Below are positions 12,080-24,436 of a stretch of 64,000 nt of DNA, one piece after another. Positions within the stretch are counted from its first letter, which is position 1, and every line of letters starts with the position of its first letter. The position numbers and the translations under genes are program-made. Source of the DNA: Eledone cirrhosa (lineage: Eukaryota); contig OZ024743.1 of NCBI GenBank assembly GCA_964016885.1, positions 1,860,001 through 1,924,000 on the forward strand, read 5' to 3'. The notes under the pieces were generated by a model. It made no database searches. It saw nothing but the letters and a program-made list of their open reading frames with translations, and was not told the DNA's origin.

Positions 12080-12512
12080 ATTTCTAATTTAGGCATATGA
12101 TGAACAAGTGGGGAGGGGAAAGTCGATTTTATCAACACATGAAAAGATGAAAGGCAAAGTTGACATCGGCGAGATCTGAACTCAGAATGTAAGACTCATT
12201 ACTAAAAGTCGCAAAGCATTTTGCCTGGTGTTCTAACAATTCTGCCAACACACAGTTCTATAGCAAACAACAGCAGCAACAACAACAACAACAATAATGG
12301 TTTCTGATTTAGACACAAGGCCAACAATTTTTGGGTGGGAGAAAGCCTATTAAATCTACCCCCAGTGTGTTACTGGTGCTATATTTTATCGACCCCGTGA
12401 AGATGAAAGGCAAAGCTAACCTCGGCTGATCTGAACTTAGAACGTAAAGGGACGTAAGTATATGCCGCCAAGCATGTTGCCCGGCGCTCTACCGATATTG
12501 CTAATCCAACAC
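12080..12512 (-). mobile_element. Two degenerate reverse Nin/Deu-core SINEs (~12080-12250, ~12297-12512)
   Basis: gatgaaaggcaaag...ctcggc...tgaact.agaa occurs twice, separated by (AAC)n. Confidence 0.75.
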
Positions 12513-13302
12513 CCTACTTTATTTTATCAATAATAACGATGAAGATCATGATTTATTGTATTTGCCACAAGGGCATCGGATGAAGGAGACATTAGAGAGA
12601 CATTCACAGCATTAAGGTTGGATAATAATAAAGAATACGGTTAGGTTTGGTAAAATAGATAAAGTGAATCATTAAGGAATTAAGAAACATTATTTTAAGA
12701 TAGAACACTTAGTTGTTCATGTTTATCTCCAGTTTAAAGACACTCCAGCCACGACTATCTCCACTTATTTTCAGTTAGTGCATCTAAGACATTATTCACT
12801 CTATCCTTCGTTTTCGATGAAAGTATTGCCTGATTTTAGGGAAATTTGTTTGCTATTTCTAGCAAATCTAGCGACCACACAGGAAGAAATTGGCTTACAA
12901 TTAATGCCAAATTCTCTAAAGTCAGCGAATTGGCAGAGTCTTTAAACACGTGAGATAGAATGCTTTGTGGCATTCGTTTGAGCTCTCTGCACTCGGAATT
13001 CAGATTTCGCCGAAGTCAACTTTGCCCTTCATCCTGTTGAGGTCGATAAAAAATGTATCAGCTTATTGCTGGGATCAATTTTTTTTCTATATCTCTTTCT
13101 CACTTCCTCTCTATCTGACTGTCTCCCTCTCTCTCACTCTGCCCCCCCCCCCCCCCTTCTCTCTCTTTCTCTCTCTCTGTTCTGGAGAGGGGATGGGTTC
13201 CGCCAGGTTTTAAATGCCCCCCCCCCCCATAAAAACACGCCGTATGTCACGACGGCGCCCCTACGACTCAATCAGGAGATCTATACATACATACATACAT
13301 AC

Positions 13303-13912
13303 ATGGTGGCTGCCAACTCGTTTTCGAGTACGGCCACTACTTTATATCCATGTAGGAGAACCCCTACCAATGCGCTGAACGAGTGTGACTTTTTAGTCCA
13401 GCCAGCGACTTGAAAACTCTGGTACAAACACTACACTTGTGACAATTATTGACACATAGTGCTGGGCCCATGGTACCATGTGACGACAAGTGCAGAGAGA
13501 TCTCCAGATATAAAGCAATGCCTGTGCTGTGAAGCTTTTATAGTGAGCAAAGGCACTGCACAAAGCCAGTCCCACTCTCTTAACCAAGATGATATTTACC
13601 AAAAAGAAGAACAATTCAACATCATTGGATACCATCAGGGTTGCAGGTGTTATATCAGAGTTTTCCTTCTCCTAGAATTCTGCCTTGACAAAGGCTAAGG
13701 GGTCATCTATCCCGGTGATTTTGGATGGCCATTGATTCTTAAGAGCTCCTTTGCCCTTTGACAGGTTTTGTTTTTAGTCCTGCAGGATGTCCAAAGCCAC
13801 CCTCCTCACCAAGAAACCTTGGTGGGGTTGCCAGTTTAGTCGCCAACGACCCGACCATGAGACAGGTTGTACTGGGATACATGTTACCAGTAGCACCAAC
13901 TGGTGACCTGAC
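13303..13912 (-). mobile_element. Non-autonomous RTE-derived element (internally deleted), full length ~610 bp
   Basis: RTE-type 5' UTR motif ctaggagaaggaaaactctga, 3' end encoding a C2H2 finger (HKCSVCTRVFKSLAGLKSHTRSAH), (ATGT)n tail. Near-identical copies at 18932, 19391 and 62896. Confidence 0.8.
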
Positions 13913-14221
13913 ACATACATACATACATACATACATACATACATACATACATACATACATACATACATACATACATACATACATACAATTTTCATGTACT
14001 AACTGTTTAAATACGCATATAGATATAGAAACATACGCATGTGCACACATATTACACAAAACATACAAATCCACATATGTAATAACATCATTACCTGCAC
14101 ACATAGACAAATACAGACACACACACCTCTTTAACTACTAAAGGATATTGTCTAAATTCCAAGGAATGAGTGTGGTTTCTATGTTAGAAACCGGCTCTCT
14201 ATTGGTGAAAATTCATAAAAT

Positions 14222-14425
14222 AATTGTTTCTTATATAGGCACAAGCCCAACAATTTTGGGGGAGGGGAAGTCGATTAAATCGACCCCAGTGCGTGACTGG
14301 TACTTTATTTTATCGACTCCGAAAGGATGAAAGGCAAAGATGTGAACTCAGATCATAAAGGGCCGTAACTCTATGCTGCAAAGCATAGCGTCCGGCCCTC
14401 TACCGATATTACCAATCCACCGCCC
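14222..14425 (-). mobile_element. Nin/Deu-core SINE
   Basis: Reverse complement of the SINE consensus seen at 11576. Confidence 0.8.
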
Positions 14426-14607
14426 TTGAAAATTCATAAAATAATAAAACGAGAAGAACACACATATATAATACATACATACATACATAAATACATACAT
14501 ATATATACATACATATATGGCGAAACTCCGGAGTAACAAGACTCACTATTTGGCCTTAATAAAACGTATATATATATATATAAATATGTATGTATATATA
14601 TATATAT

Positions 14608-14655
<48 letters not shown>

Positions 14656-14739
14656 AAAGTTTTATTTAAATTGTTGGGTTACAACGAGTAAATATTTATA
14701 ACTGATATAAAAGCACTCAACAAGTATTTGGAGTATATT

Positions 14740-15090
14740 TACGATATTAAATAAATGGAAACTATATTTATAAAACCATATTTATTTCATTATATATATT
14801 TCAGGGATATCATATTAAAAATATGTTATGCCTTCTTCAGACAAAATACAATATAAACAGTCTTACAAATAGATAGATTCGACATACCTTTCAACTTCAT
14901 CTTCCATTTAAAAAGTTGATTTTAAATGGAAGATGAAGTTGAAAGGTATGTCGAATCTATCTATTTGTAAGACTGTTTATATTGTATTTTGTCTGAAGAA
15001 GGCATAACATATTTTTAATATGATATCCCTGAAATATATATAATGAAATAAATATGGTTTTATAAATATAGTTTCCATTTATTTAATATC

Positions 15091-15093
<3 letters not shown>
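14740..15093. repeat. Apparently perfect 174-bp-arm palindrome, Penelope-like inverted pLTR
   Basis: 14740-14913 is the reverse complement of 14920-15093, loop agttga. Lies between (TA)n arrays, and each arm holds a minimal hammerhead. Confidence 0.9.
14985..15050 (+). ncRNA. Minimal type I hammerhead ribozyme (Penelope-type), mirror copy at 14783-14848 on the minus strand
   Basis: UAUUUUGU-CUGAAGA-AGG..CCU-GAAA-UAUAUA-UA/-AUGAAAUA, with a palindromic stem III. Confidence 0.7.
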
Positions 15094-15157
<64 letters not shown>

Positions 15158-16355
15158 ATGCATATATATATATACAATAAAGTATGTCCATATAATCATT
15201 TGATAAAATATATACACCATCTGCTCTCCCAATCAGCATAATCAACCACACAAAAAACAAATTAAACCAGGTTATAAGATTAAAAGGCACCTATGAAGAA
15301 ATAATAGATAAATAAACGACAGCCATCTATTCGCGATCAACAGCTATAGAATGGTTGCCAAAAACATATTTATATATATCTATGACTTTGTCCAGTTTGT
15401 GTATATGTAAATCTTTATATATATATATATATGTCTAATGGTAGCTAAGATGCTTCCATAGGCGGTATGCCGGTTGATTTCGCTGAAGTCATCTTTGCCC
15501 TTCATCCTTTTGAGGTCGATAAAAAATGTATCAGCTTATTGCTGGGATCGATTTTTTTTCTATATCTCTTTCTCACTTCCTCTCTATCCGACTGTCACAA
15601 GAGGATATGATCCGAAATCAATAGACGTGTCCGAGGAACCTGCGAGTCTAGAGTCAGGTAGATCCACACACAGATCGCACCTCGAGCTGTTCGCCGGCGA
15701 AACAATTGTAACACACAATAAATTGAGTTCCGATGCATCACTGATTTTTCGTTTTCCATTCTCTCTCTCTCTATATATATATATATATACAATGCACATA
15801 CATACAATGTATGGCTGAACTTGGATTTGTGGACAAAGAACACAGCTCCCTAATTCATAGACTACAAATGGCCGCGATATCTGGCACCTTCAAAATTTGC
15901 AAAACACTCTTGCGATTCAATAGATGACAATTTCTTTTCTTTTACAACTTTGCCACCAGGAAGGTGGCCGGTCAAAGATGTACTCGAAGTTCAGAGAAAG
16001 AGAAACACACCTACATATTCTTTATATATGGGTGTCAAGTATTTATGAATAAATCTTATTTGATGTCAGTCTGAAGTATTATAGGCTGACAGCCATTCTT
16101 GTTTATTCCTTGATTCTTCCCAGAAAGATAATTCATAATTCCACTAAGTATATATCTCTGGTATAAGTGTTCACTGTATCGTATAGTAATTGGTCTTTTG
16201 TAATAATGCTTAGAATGTAACTAGATATGTTTCACAAAATATCACCTATAATGTGTGATAACTATGTGGCTTCTTGATAGTTATCTCTTCTGATTGTTAT
16301 GTATATTCCCTAGACTGTATACCACTGATTTACTGATTACGTATCTGTGTGTGTT

Positions 16356-16392
<37 letters not shown>

Positions 16393-16526
16393 ATATGCAT
16401 GTATATATGTATATATATATGTATGTATAGACACAAACACACACACATGCGCGCGCGCACATATTCTATCCTCCTCTATTCATATTTATCAATCAATCCA
16501 TTAGTTTTGCTACCCCATTCTCTCTT

Positions 16527-16561
<35 letters not shown>

Positions 16562-16651
16562 CTCACTCTCTTTCGCTCCATCCTCTCTCTCTCTCTCTGT
16601 TTCTTACTCTATCAATTCTAGATTTATAGCATATTTATCCTCGCTTATTAT

Positions 16652-17040
<389 letters not shown>

Positions 17041-18309
17041 AGATCAACAACATCAGAAAGGTCGTTTAAGTTTCCTCTCAACCCTTTTAGGCATGGTTTC
17101 TAAAGTGGGGTGCCCTTTTTGCATTTTCGTGGCATCGCCACGTGGCACACACACGTCCGCGTGCGTGTTTTAGAGGAACAAGAAATCAAATGTTCTTTCT
17201 TGTTTTGTCAAATAATTGGTCAATATTTGTTTTAAAGTGATTTCAAAGTTAATTTAGCTAGAGAAATATATTTATGTGAATTCCCAAGATTTTCTTAATA
17301 CAACCATTTTCTTTTTATTTCTCTCGTAGCTTTCGGCAGAATCATAGGAAATATTATTACCAAACCTTGAGTAATTAAACATTTTGTATTCGGTTGTAGT
17401 TGACATAAACACAAGTTCAATATATTCTTAAATATTAAAAACAAAATAAATGGAGAGATATGAATCATAGAATTTAGTAACAAAACAAGATTTTAATTTG
17501 AAATCTCAAGTTCCATGCTCTTGAAGACGAAATCTTGAGAGTCCTTGACCGTTAGCAATCAAAGATCATTATAACTTTAAAAAAAAACCAAAACACTTCT
17601 TTATTTCCCAGAAATATTTCAGATGGAAAGTGAGCGATAAGTTTTTATTGCTCATTATCTAACTATCAAACTTTGAGTTTTCACTTCTATAACAATAATT
17701 GACAGGAAAATTAATACTTATGGTATTTTATTCATATATTTTATATTTTAAATATTTCATCATTAAAAAAGAAAATGGAGGTAACTTTGTAGAACGTTGA
17801 ACAAAGCTTTTTATAGTACATAGTTGCACTCCTCTACCTTCTGAGATCAAATCATGACAAAGTTAATTTTATCTTTTAATTTCTACGTTCTCCTATACTG
17901 CCCACCGATCTTGTATCTTTGGGTTAAAGGTTCAGATGTCCTTCGGTCACTAATGACCATGGATTTGGCACATAGAAAAATACCCTCAGAGGTACAAGTC
18001 CGGGCAAGGGTATTTGTGGAAGACCAGCTGTCACCCATACATACCAGTCACTTCTCTCCACGCCACCGATGTTGTCCAAGAGAAGACAGGTAGACAGGTA
18101 GACAGGTGGGCAGATACATGCAGTTAGACAAGCAGAGAGGCGGGTGTATAGGTAGGCAATGGAGACATATAGGCAGGCAAGCAGACAGACAGGCAAACAG
18201 ACAGACAGTGAAGCAGACAGACAGACAGGTAGACAGACAGGTAGACAGAGAGACAGGCGTGCGGATACATGCAGGTAGACAGATAGAGAGGCGGGCAAAG
18301 TAAATATAC

Positions 18310-18480
18310 TTGTTTCTACTTTAGGCACAAGGCCAGTGCATTACTGGTACTTTATTTTATCGACCCCGTAAGGATGAAAGGCAAAGTCAACCTCGGCGAG
18401 ATTTGAACTCAGATCGTAAAGGGACGTAACTATGCTGGAAAACATGGCGTCTGACCCTCTACCGATACTGCCAATCCACT
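18310..18480 (-). mobile_element. Nin/Deu-core SINE inside an (AGAC)n-rich tract
   Basis: Reverse complement matches 11000-11180. Confidence 0.85.
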
Positions 18481-18931
18481 ATACTGGCAGACAGACAGAG
18501 AGGCAAGTAGACAGACAGACATACAGTCAGACATACAGACAGGCCGACAGACAGGTTGGCAGACCTCAGTGAGCTAATAATACACGTTCCTGGGAAATAG
18601 GTTAAAATCGCCGATAAACGTTCTGAGTATTGAGATTTCGCAGAAATGATTTCCTAGTGATAATTATAGTGACAAAAACTATAATTATACAATGTAAATC
18701 TCATGCTAAGAGAAATCGACCTCTGTCGGTGCCGACGAAGAATGTACCAGTTGATTCTTCCTCTGTATATCTTTCTCACTCCTTCTCTATCATTTTCTCT
18801 CTACTTCTTTGGAAGAAATCGGTAGTATTCAGACATGGAGAGGTGATAGGCTGCGCCAGATTTTGAAATGCTGAAGACATATCGTATGACACGACGGCGC
18901 CCTACTACTCCACCAGTTCGTACATACATAC

Positions 18932-19342
18932 ATGGTGGCTGCCAACTCGTTTTCGAGTACGGCCACTACTTTATATCCATGTAGGAGAACCCCTACCGAT
19001 GCGCTGAACGAGTGTGACTTTTTAGTCCAGCCAGCGACTTGAAAACTCTGGTACAAACACTACACTTGTGACAATTATTGACACATAGTGCTGGGCCCAT
19101 GGTACCATGTGACGACAAGTGCAGAGAGATCTCCAGATATAAAGCAATGCCTGTGCCGTGAAGCTTTTATAGTGAGCAAAGGCACTGCACAAAGCCAGTC
19201 CCACTCTCTTAACCAAGATGATATTTACCAAAAAGAAGAACAATTCAACATCATTGGATACCATCAAGGTTGCAGGTGTTATATCAGAGTTTTCCTTCTC
19301 CTAGAATTCTGCCTTGACAAAGGCTAAGGGGTCATCTCTCCC
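18932..19342 (-). mobile_element. RTE-derived non-autonomous element, 5'-truncated
   Basis: Near-identical to 13303-13712, flanked by (ATAC)n. Confidence 0.85.
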
Positions 19343-19390
19343 ATACATACATACATACATACATACATACATACATACATACATACATAC

Positions 19391-20003
19391 ATGGTGGTGG
19401 CTGCCAACTCGTTTTCGAGTACGGCCACTACTTTATATCCATGTAGGAGAACCCCTACCGATGCGCTGAACGAGTGTGACTTTTTAGTCCAGCCAGCGAC
19501 TTGAAAACTCTGGTACAAACATGACACCTGTGACAATTATTGACACATAGTGCTGGGCCCATGGTACCATGTGACGACAAGTGCAGAGAGATCTCCAGAT
19601 ATAAAGCAATGCCTGTGCCGTGAAGCTTTTATAGTGAGCAAAGGCACTGCACAAAGCCAGTCCCACTCTCTTAACCAAGATGATATTTACCAAAAAGAAG
19701 AACAAGTCAACATCATTGGATACCATCAGGGTTGCAGGTGTTATATCAGAGTTTTCCTTCTCCTAGAATTCTGCCTTGACAAAGGCTAAGGGGTCATCTA
19801 TCCCGGTGATTTTGGATGGCCATTGATTCTTAAGAGCTCCTTTGCCCTTTGACAGGTTTTGTTTTTAGTCCTGCAGGATGTCCAAAGTCACCCTCCTCAC
19901 CAAGAAACCTTGGTGGGGTTGCCAGTTTAGTCGCCAACGACCCGACCATGAGACAGGTTGTACTGGGATACATGTTACCAGTAGCACCAACTGGTGACCT
20001 GAC
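19391..20003 (-). mobile_element. RTE-derived non-autonomous element, full length
   Basis: Near-identical to 13303-13912, same 5' end. Confidence 0.85.
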
Positions 20004-20029
20004 ATAATACATACAGACATACATACATA

Positions 20030-20503
20030 CATGATGGCTGCAAACTCTGCTAAGAGTACTGTAATCGCTTGTCAGATTATAAAGTTTGGTGCACTTTTAG
20101 GCTACCGCCAGCCACACAAACCTGTAACATATCCTGAACAAGGAATGTCTGTGCTTTGAAGGTTTTTTTAAGTGGGGAAAGGCCTTGCACTCGACCAGTC
20201 CCACTCTCTGAGCATTGAACATACTACCCAAAAAGGAGAATTGGTCAACATCATCGGATGCTTCCGAAGCCGCAGGTTTTTTTTTCAGATTTTATTTCTC
20301 CTAGAAAGGTGTTGTGACAACAACTGGGACCTTTCACTTTCAGATGAAAAATAAAAAAGAACTATTTGGATGGCCGTTGACTCTACTGAGTTCCTCCGCC
20401 CTTTGCTGGGTCTTGTATTTCATCTCATGGCCGGGTCGTCGGTGACTAAACCGGCAACCCTGCCAATCTTGCTTGCTTGGCGAGGAGAGTGATATTTGGA
20501 CAC
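20030..20503 (-). mobile_element. Older subfamily of the RTE-derived element with an inverted 5' segment
   Basis: Diverged match to the 13.3 kb element. 20423-20503 is in the opposite orientation. Confidence 0.7.
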
Positions 20504-20524
20504 ATACATACACACACAAATACG

Positions 20525-20830
20525 AAGGCACTCCATCGGTTACGACGACGAGTGTTCCAGTTGATACGATCAACAGAAATTAATGTGCAAGTGGCTGAGC
20601 ATTCCACAAACACGCGTACCCTTAACGTAGTTCTCAGGGAGATTCGGCGTGACACATAATGTGACAAGGCAGGCCCTTCGAGTTATAGGTACAACTCATT
20701 TTTGCCAGCTGAGTGAACTGGAGCAACGTGAAATAAAGTGTCTTGCTCAAGGTCACAACGCGCGGTCGAGAATCGAACTCACAACCTTACGATCATGAGC
20801 CGAATTCCCTAACCACAAAGCCAGGCACTC
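20525..20830 (-). mobile_element. tRNA-derived CORE-type SINE (OR-like), full length
   Basis: Minus strand gtgcctggctttgtggttaggg...gtgagttcgattc...ccttgagcaagacactttatttcacgttgctccagttcactcagctggc. Confidence 0.82.
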
Positions 20831-20849
20831 TCATATATACATACATACA

Positions 20850-21610
20850 TGATGATGGCTGCCTCCTCGTTATCGAGTATGGCCATTGCACGATATAACA
20901 TTATTAATAATTATCAATTAATTCTATCGTGCAATGCCTGTGCGTGAAGATTTTTTTAAAGTGAGGAAAGACTGTGCACTGAGCCAATCCCACTCTCTGG
21001 GCGACAGTAGCTATAACCTGAAAAGCCGCAGGTTTTGTGTCGGAGTTATCCAAGTTTCCTGAGTTGCCTTCTCCTAGAAGAATACCCTGACAAAGGCTAG
21101 GGGTCCTTCACTCACAGTGGTTTAAACGCGCGATCGGGTATCCAGCCCGATCATTTCTATGTCCCCGCGCATACATGCATATACATATATACATATACAT
21201 ACATATGTACATGTGTATATACATATTTACACATTTTTGGATGGCCGTTGACTCTATGACTTATTCCGTCCTTTGTCAGGTTTTGTTTTTGTCCTGCAGG
21301 GTGTCCAATATCACCCTCCTCACCAGGTAAACTTAGTGGGGTTGCCGGTTTAGTCGCCGACGACCCGACCATGCGACATTTTATACTGGGTTACATGTTA
21401 TCAGTAGCACGCAAGAGTGACTCGACATAAATACATATATGGTGGTGGCTGCCAACTCGTTTTCGAGTACGGCCACTACTTTATATCCATGTAGGAGAAC
21501 CCCCACCGATGCGCTGAACGAGTGTGACTTCTTAGTCCAGCCGGCGACTTGAAAACTCTGGTACAAACACTACACTTGTGACAATTATTGACACATAGTG
21601 CTGGGCCCAT
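20850..21610 (-). mobile_element. Cluster of RTE-derived element fragments (~20850-21125, ~21236-21428 5' part, ~21440-21610 3' part)
   Basis: Each piece aligns by eye to parts of 13303-13912, separated by ATAC/AT microsatellite. Confidence 0.7.
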
Positions 21611-22007
21611 ATACATATATACATGCATACATACATCCATCCATCCGCACATACATACATAGATACATACATACGCATACACACACAAATCGTCCCTCAA
21701 ATTAAAATTAGCAAATATATAATGTTTAATTTTCCAATGTAGCATTTATCACGTGAATCAGCACGTGTTTTCTAATTTAACGGTAACTTGAACAAGACTG
21801 AAAAACACAAAAATATCATTATTTTCTTGGTTATCGTCAACTGAGCTGCTTGCTTTTACATAATTAATGTCAATTTATAAAGGAAAAATAAAAATCTACA
21901 CCTTATCGCTCGGTAGATTCCACCTCCTTAACTTTATTAAATAACCGAGTAATACTGCACACACACACACACGCACGCACATACACCTAGACTGCATGTG
22001 TGCGCAT

Positions 22008-22084
<77 letters not shown>

Positions 22085-22085
<1 letters not shown>

Positions 22086-22243
22086 ATATAACGAAGGAAT
22101 TGTGGTAAGGAACCAGATGGACCATAATGCACCAGAGTACTCAATACTTAGGGTAGTAGAGTGGGTAATAGGAAAAGGTATGAGTTCAGAAATAGCCGTC
22201 GAAACGGCTTGAGCTCTGCCGTCGGGGTCATACCTTTTCCTAT
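22085..22243 (+). repeat. Short structured dispersed repeat embedded in (TA)n, reverse copy at 47383-47480
   Basis: Shared aaggaaccagatggaccataatgcaccagag and tagccgtcgaaacggcttgagctctgccgtcggggtcatac. Long stem taggaaaaggtatga/tcataccttttccta. Confidence 0.7.
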
Positions 22244-22589
22244 ATATGTATATATATATATATATGCATATATATATGTCTGTGTGCGTGTGTGTGTGCG
22301 TGTGTGTGTACATATATATGCGTGTGTGTCTGTGTGTGATTTATATATAAGCCTCTCCAGAACGATTAATATGTGTAATTTATGTGCAACTATTTCTGTT
22401 CATCAGATCCATAAAACTAGGCTGTCATTCATTCTAGCGGAACATGAAAATGAGCAACATTATTGAGTCAACATACCTTCCACAAATAAACTCTGTTCTT
22501 TGTTAAGATATTATTTAAAAAACCTCCTACCTAACAACTCTGCTTTTTGTCACGGTATCATAACCGTCTACCTGATCTTTGTCAAGATA

Positions 22590-24210
22590 TCATAACCACC
22601 TACTTACTAATTCTGCTCTCTTTTAAAATATCATAACCTCCTACCTATCAACTCTGCTCTCTTTTAAGATATCATAACCTCCTACCTATCAACTCTGCTC
22701 TCTTTTAAAATATCATAACCTCCTACCTATCAACTCTGCTCTCTTTTAAGATATCATAACCTCCTACCTATCAACTCTGCTCTCTTTTAAGATATCATAA
22801 CCTCCTACCTATCAACTCTGCTCTCTTTTAAGATATCATAACCTCCTACCTATCAACTCTGCTCTCTTTTAAGATAGCATAACCTCCTACCTATCAATTC
22901 TGCTCTCTTTTAAGATATCATAACCTCCTACCTATCAACTCTGCTCTCTTTTAAAATATCATAACCTCCTACCTATCAACTCTGCTCTCTTTTAAAATAT
23001 CATAACCTCCTACCTATCAACTCTGCTCTCTTTTAAGATATCATAACCTCCTACCTATCAACTCTGCTCTCTTTTAAAATATCATAACCTCCTACCTATC
23101 AACTCTGCTCTCTTTTAAGATATCATAACCTCCTACCTATCAACTCTTCTCTCTTTTAAAATATCATAACCTCCTACCTATCAACTCTGCTCTCTTTTAA
23201 GATATCATAACCTCCTACCTATCAACTCTGCTCTCTTTTAAGATAGCATAACCTCCTACCTATCAACTCTGCTCTCTTTTAAAATATCATAACCTCCTAC
23301 CTATCAACTCTGCTCTCTTTTAAGATATCATGACCTCCTACCTATCAACTCTGCTCTCTTTTAAGATAGCATAACCTCCTACCTATCAACTCTGCTCTCT
23401 TTTAAAATATCATGAACCTCCTACCTATCAACTCTGCTCTCTTTTAAGATTCATAACCTCCTACCTATCAACTCTGCTCTCTTTTAAAATATCATAACCT
23501 CCTACCTATCAACTCTGCTCTCTTTAAAATATCATAACCTCCTACCTATCAACTCTGCTCTCTTTTAAGATATCATAACCTCCTACCTATCAACTCTGGC
23601 TCTCGTTTTAAGATATCATAACCTCCCACCTATCAACTCTGCTCTCTTTAAGATATCATACCTCCTACCTATCAACTCTGCTCTCTTTTAAGATATCATA
23701 ACCTCCTACCTATCAACTCTGGCCTCTTTTAAGATAGCATAACCTCCTACCTATCAACTCTGCTCTCTTTTAAATATCATGAACCTCCTACCTATCAGAC
23801 TCTGCTCTCTTTTAAGATATCATAAGCCTCTCTACCTATCAACTCTGCTCTCTTTAAAAATATCATAACCTCCTACCTATCAACTCTGCTCTCTTTTAAA
23901 ATATCATAACCTCCTACCTATCAACTCTGCTCTCTTTTAAGATATCATAACCTCCTACCTATCAACTCTGCTCTCTTTTAAGATATCATAACCTCCCACC
24001 TATCAACTCTGCTCTCTTTTAAGATATCATAACCTCCTACCTATCAACTCTGCTCTCTTTTAAGATAGCATAACCTCCTACCTATCAACTCTGCTCTCTT
24101 TTAAAATATCATAACCTCCCACCTATCAACTCTGCTCTCTTTTAAGATAGCATAACCTCCCACCTATCAACTCTGCTCTCTTTTAAGATATCATAACCTC
24201 CTACACGTAA
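22590..24210. repeat. 41-bp tandem satellite, about 39 copies
   Basis: Unit TATCATAACCTCCTACCTATCAACTCTGCTCTCTTTTAA(G/A)A, with diverged monomers at both edges. Confidence 0.97.
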
Positions 24211-24436
24211 ACCCTGCTCTTTGTCAAGATATTATTTAATAAATCTCCTATCTATCATCTCTGCTCTTTCTTAAGTTAATTTATTTTTGCTCGCCTCAAG
24301 CAAGACAATAAAACCACTAAAATGCGATGGACTACCGAGAAGGGAGAAGGATGAAATAGAGAGAACATAATTCAAGAAGAGAGAAGATGATGATTAATGT
24401 TGCTTTTGAATGTTTACTAATTGTTGTGATCAAGAA

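Noticed and set aside
13393-13698. Recurrent 79-81 aa ORFs (also at 19.0, 19.5 and 63.0 kb) as a small gene family
   Set aside because: They lie within near-identical transposon copies, so conservation reflects recent copying. Only the C2H2 remnant is protein-like.
13820-13912. HDV-like ribozyme at the RTE-derived 5' end
   Set aside because: P4 and J4/2-like pieces exist, but I could not find P1/P1.1 or the L3 consensus, and the candidate P2 is not kept in the diverged copies.
12995-15597. ~125-bp duplication (12995-13125 vs 15475-15597) as a functional element
   Set aside because: It is a SINE fragment plus CT-rich flank copied locally, with no further structure.
22590-24210. CRISPR-like array
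   Set aside because: Units are contiguous with no unique spacers, there are no cas genes, and the context is eukaryotic. It is a satellite.
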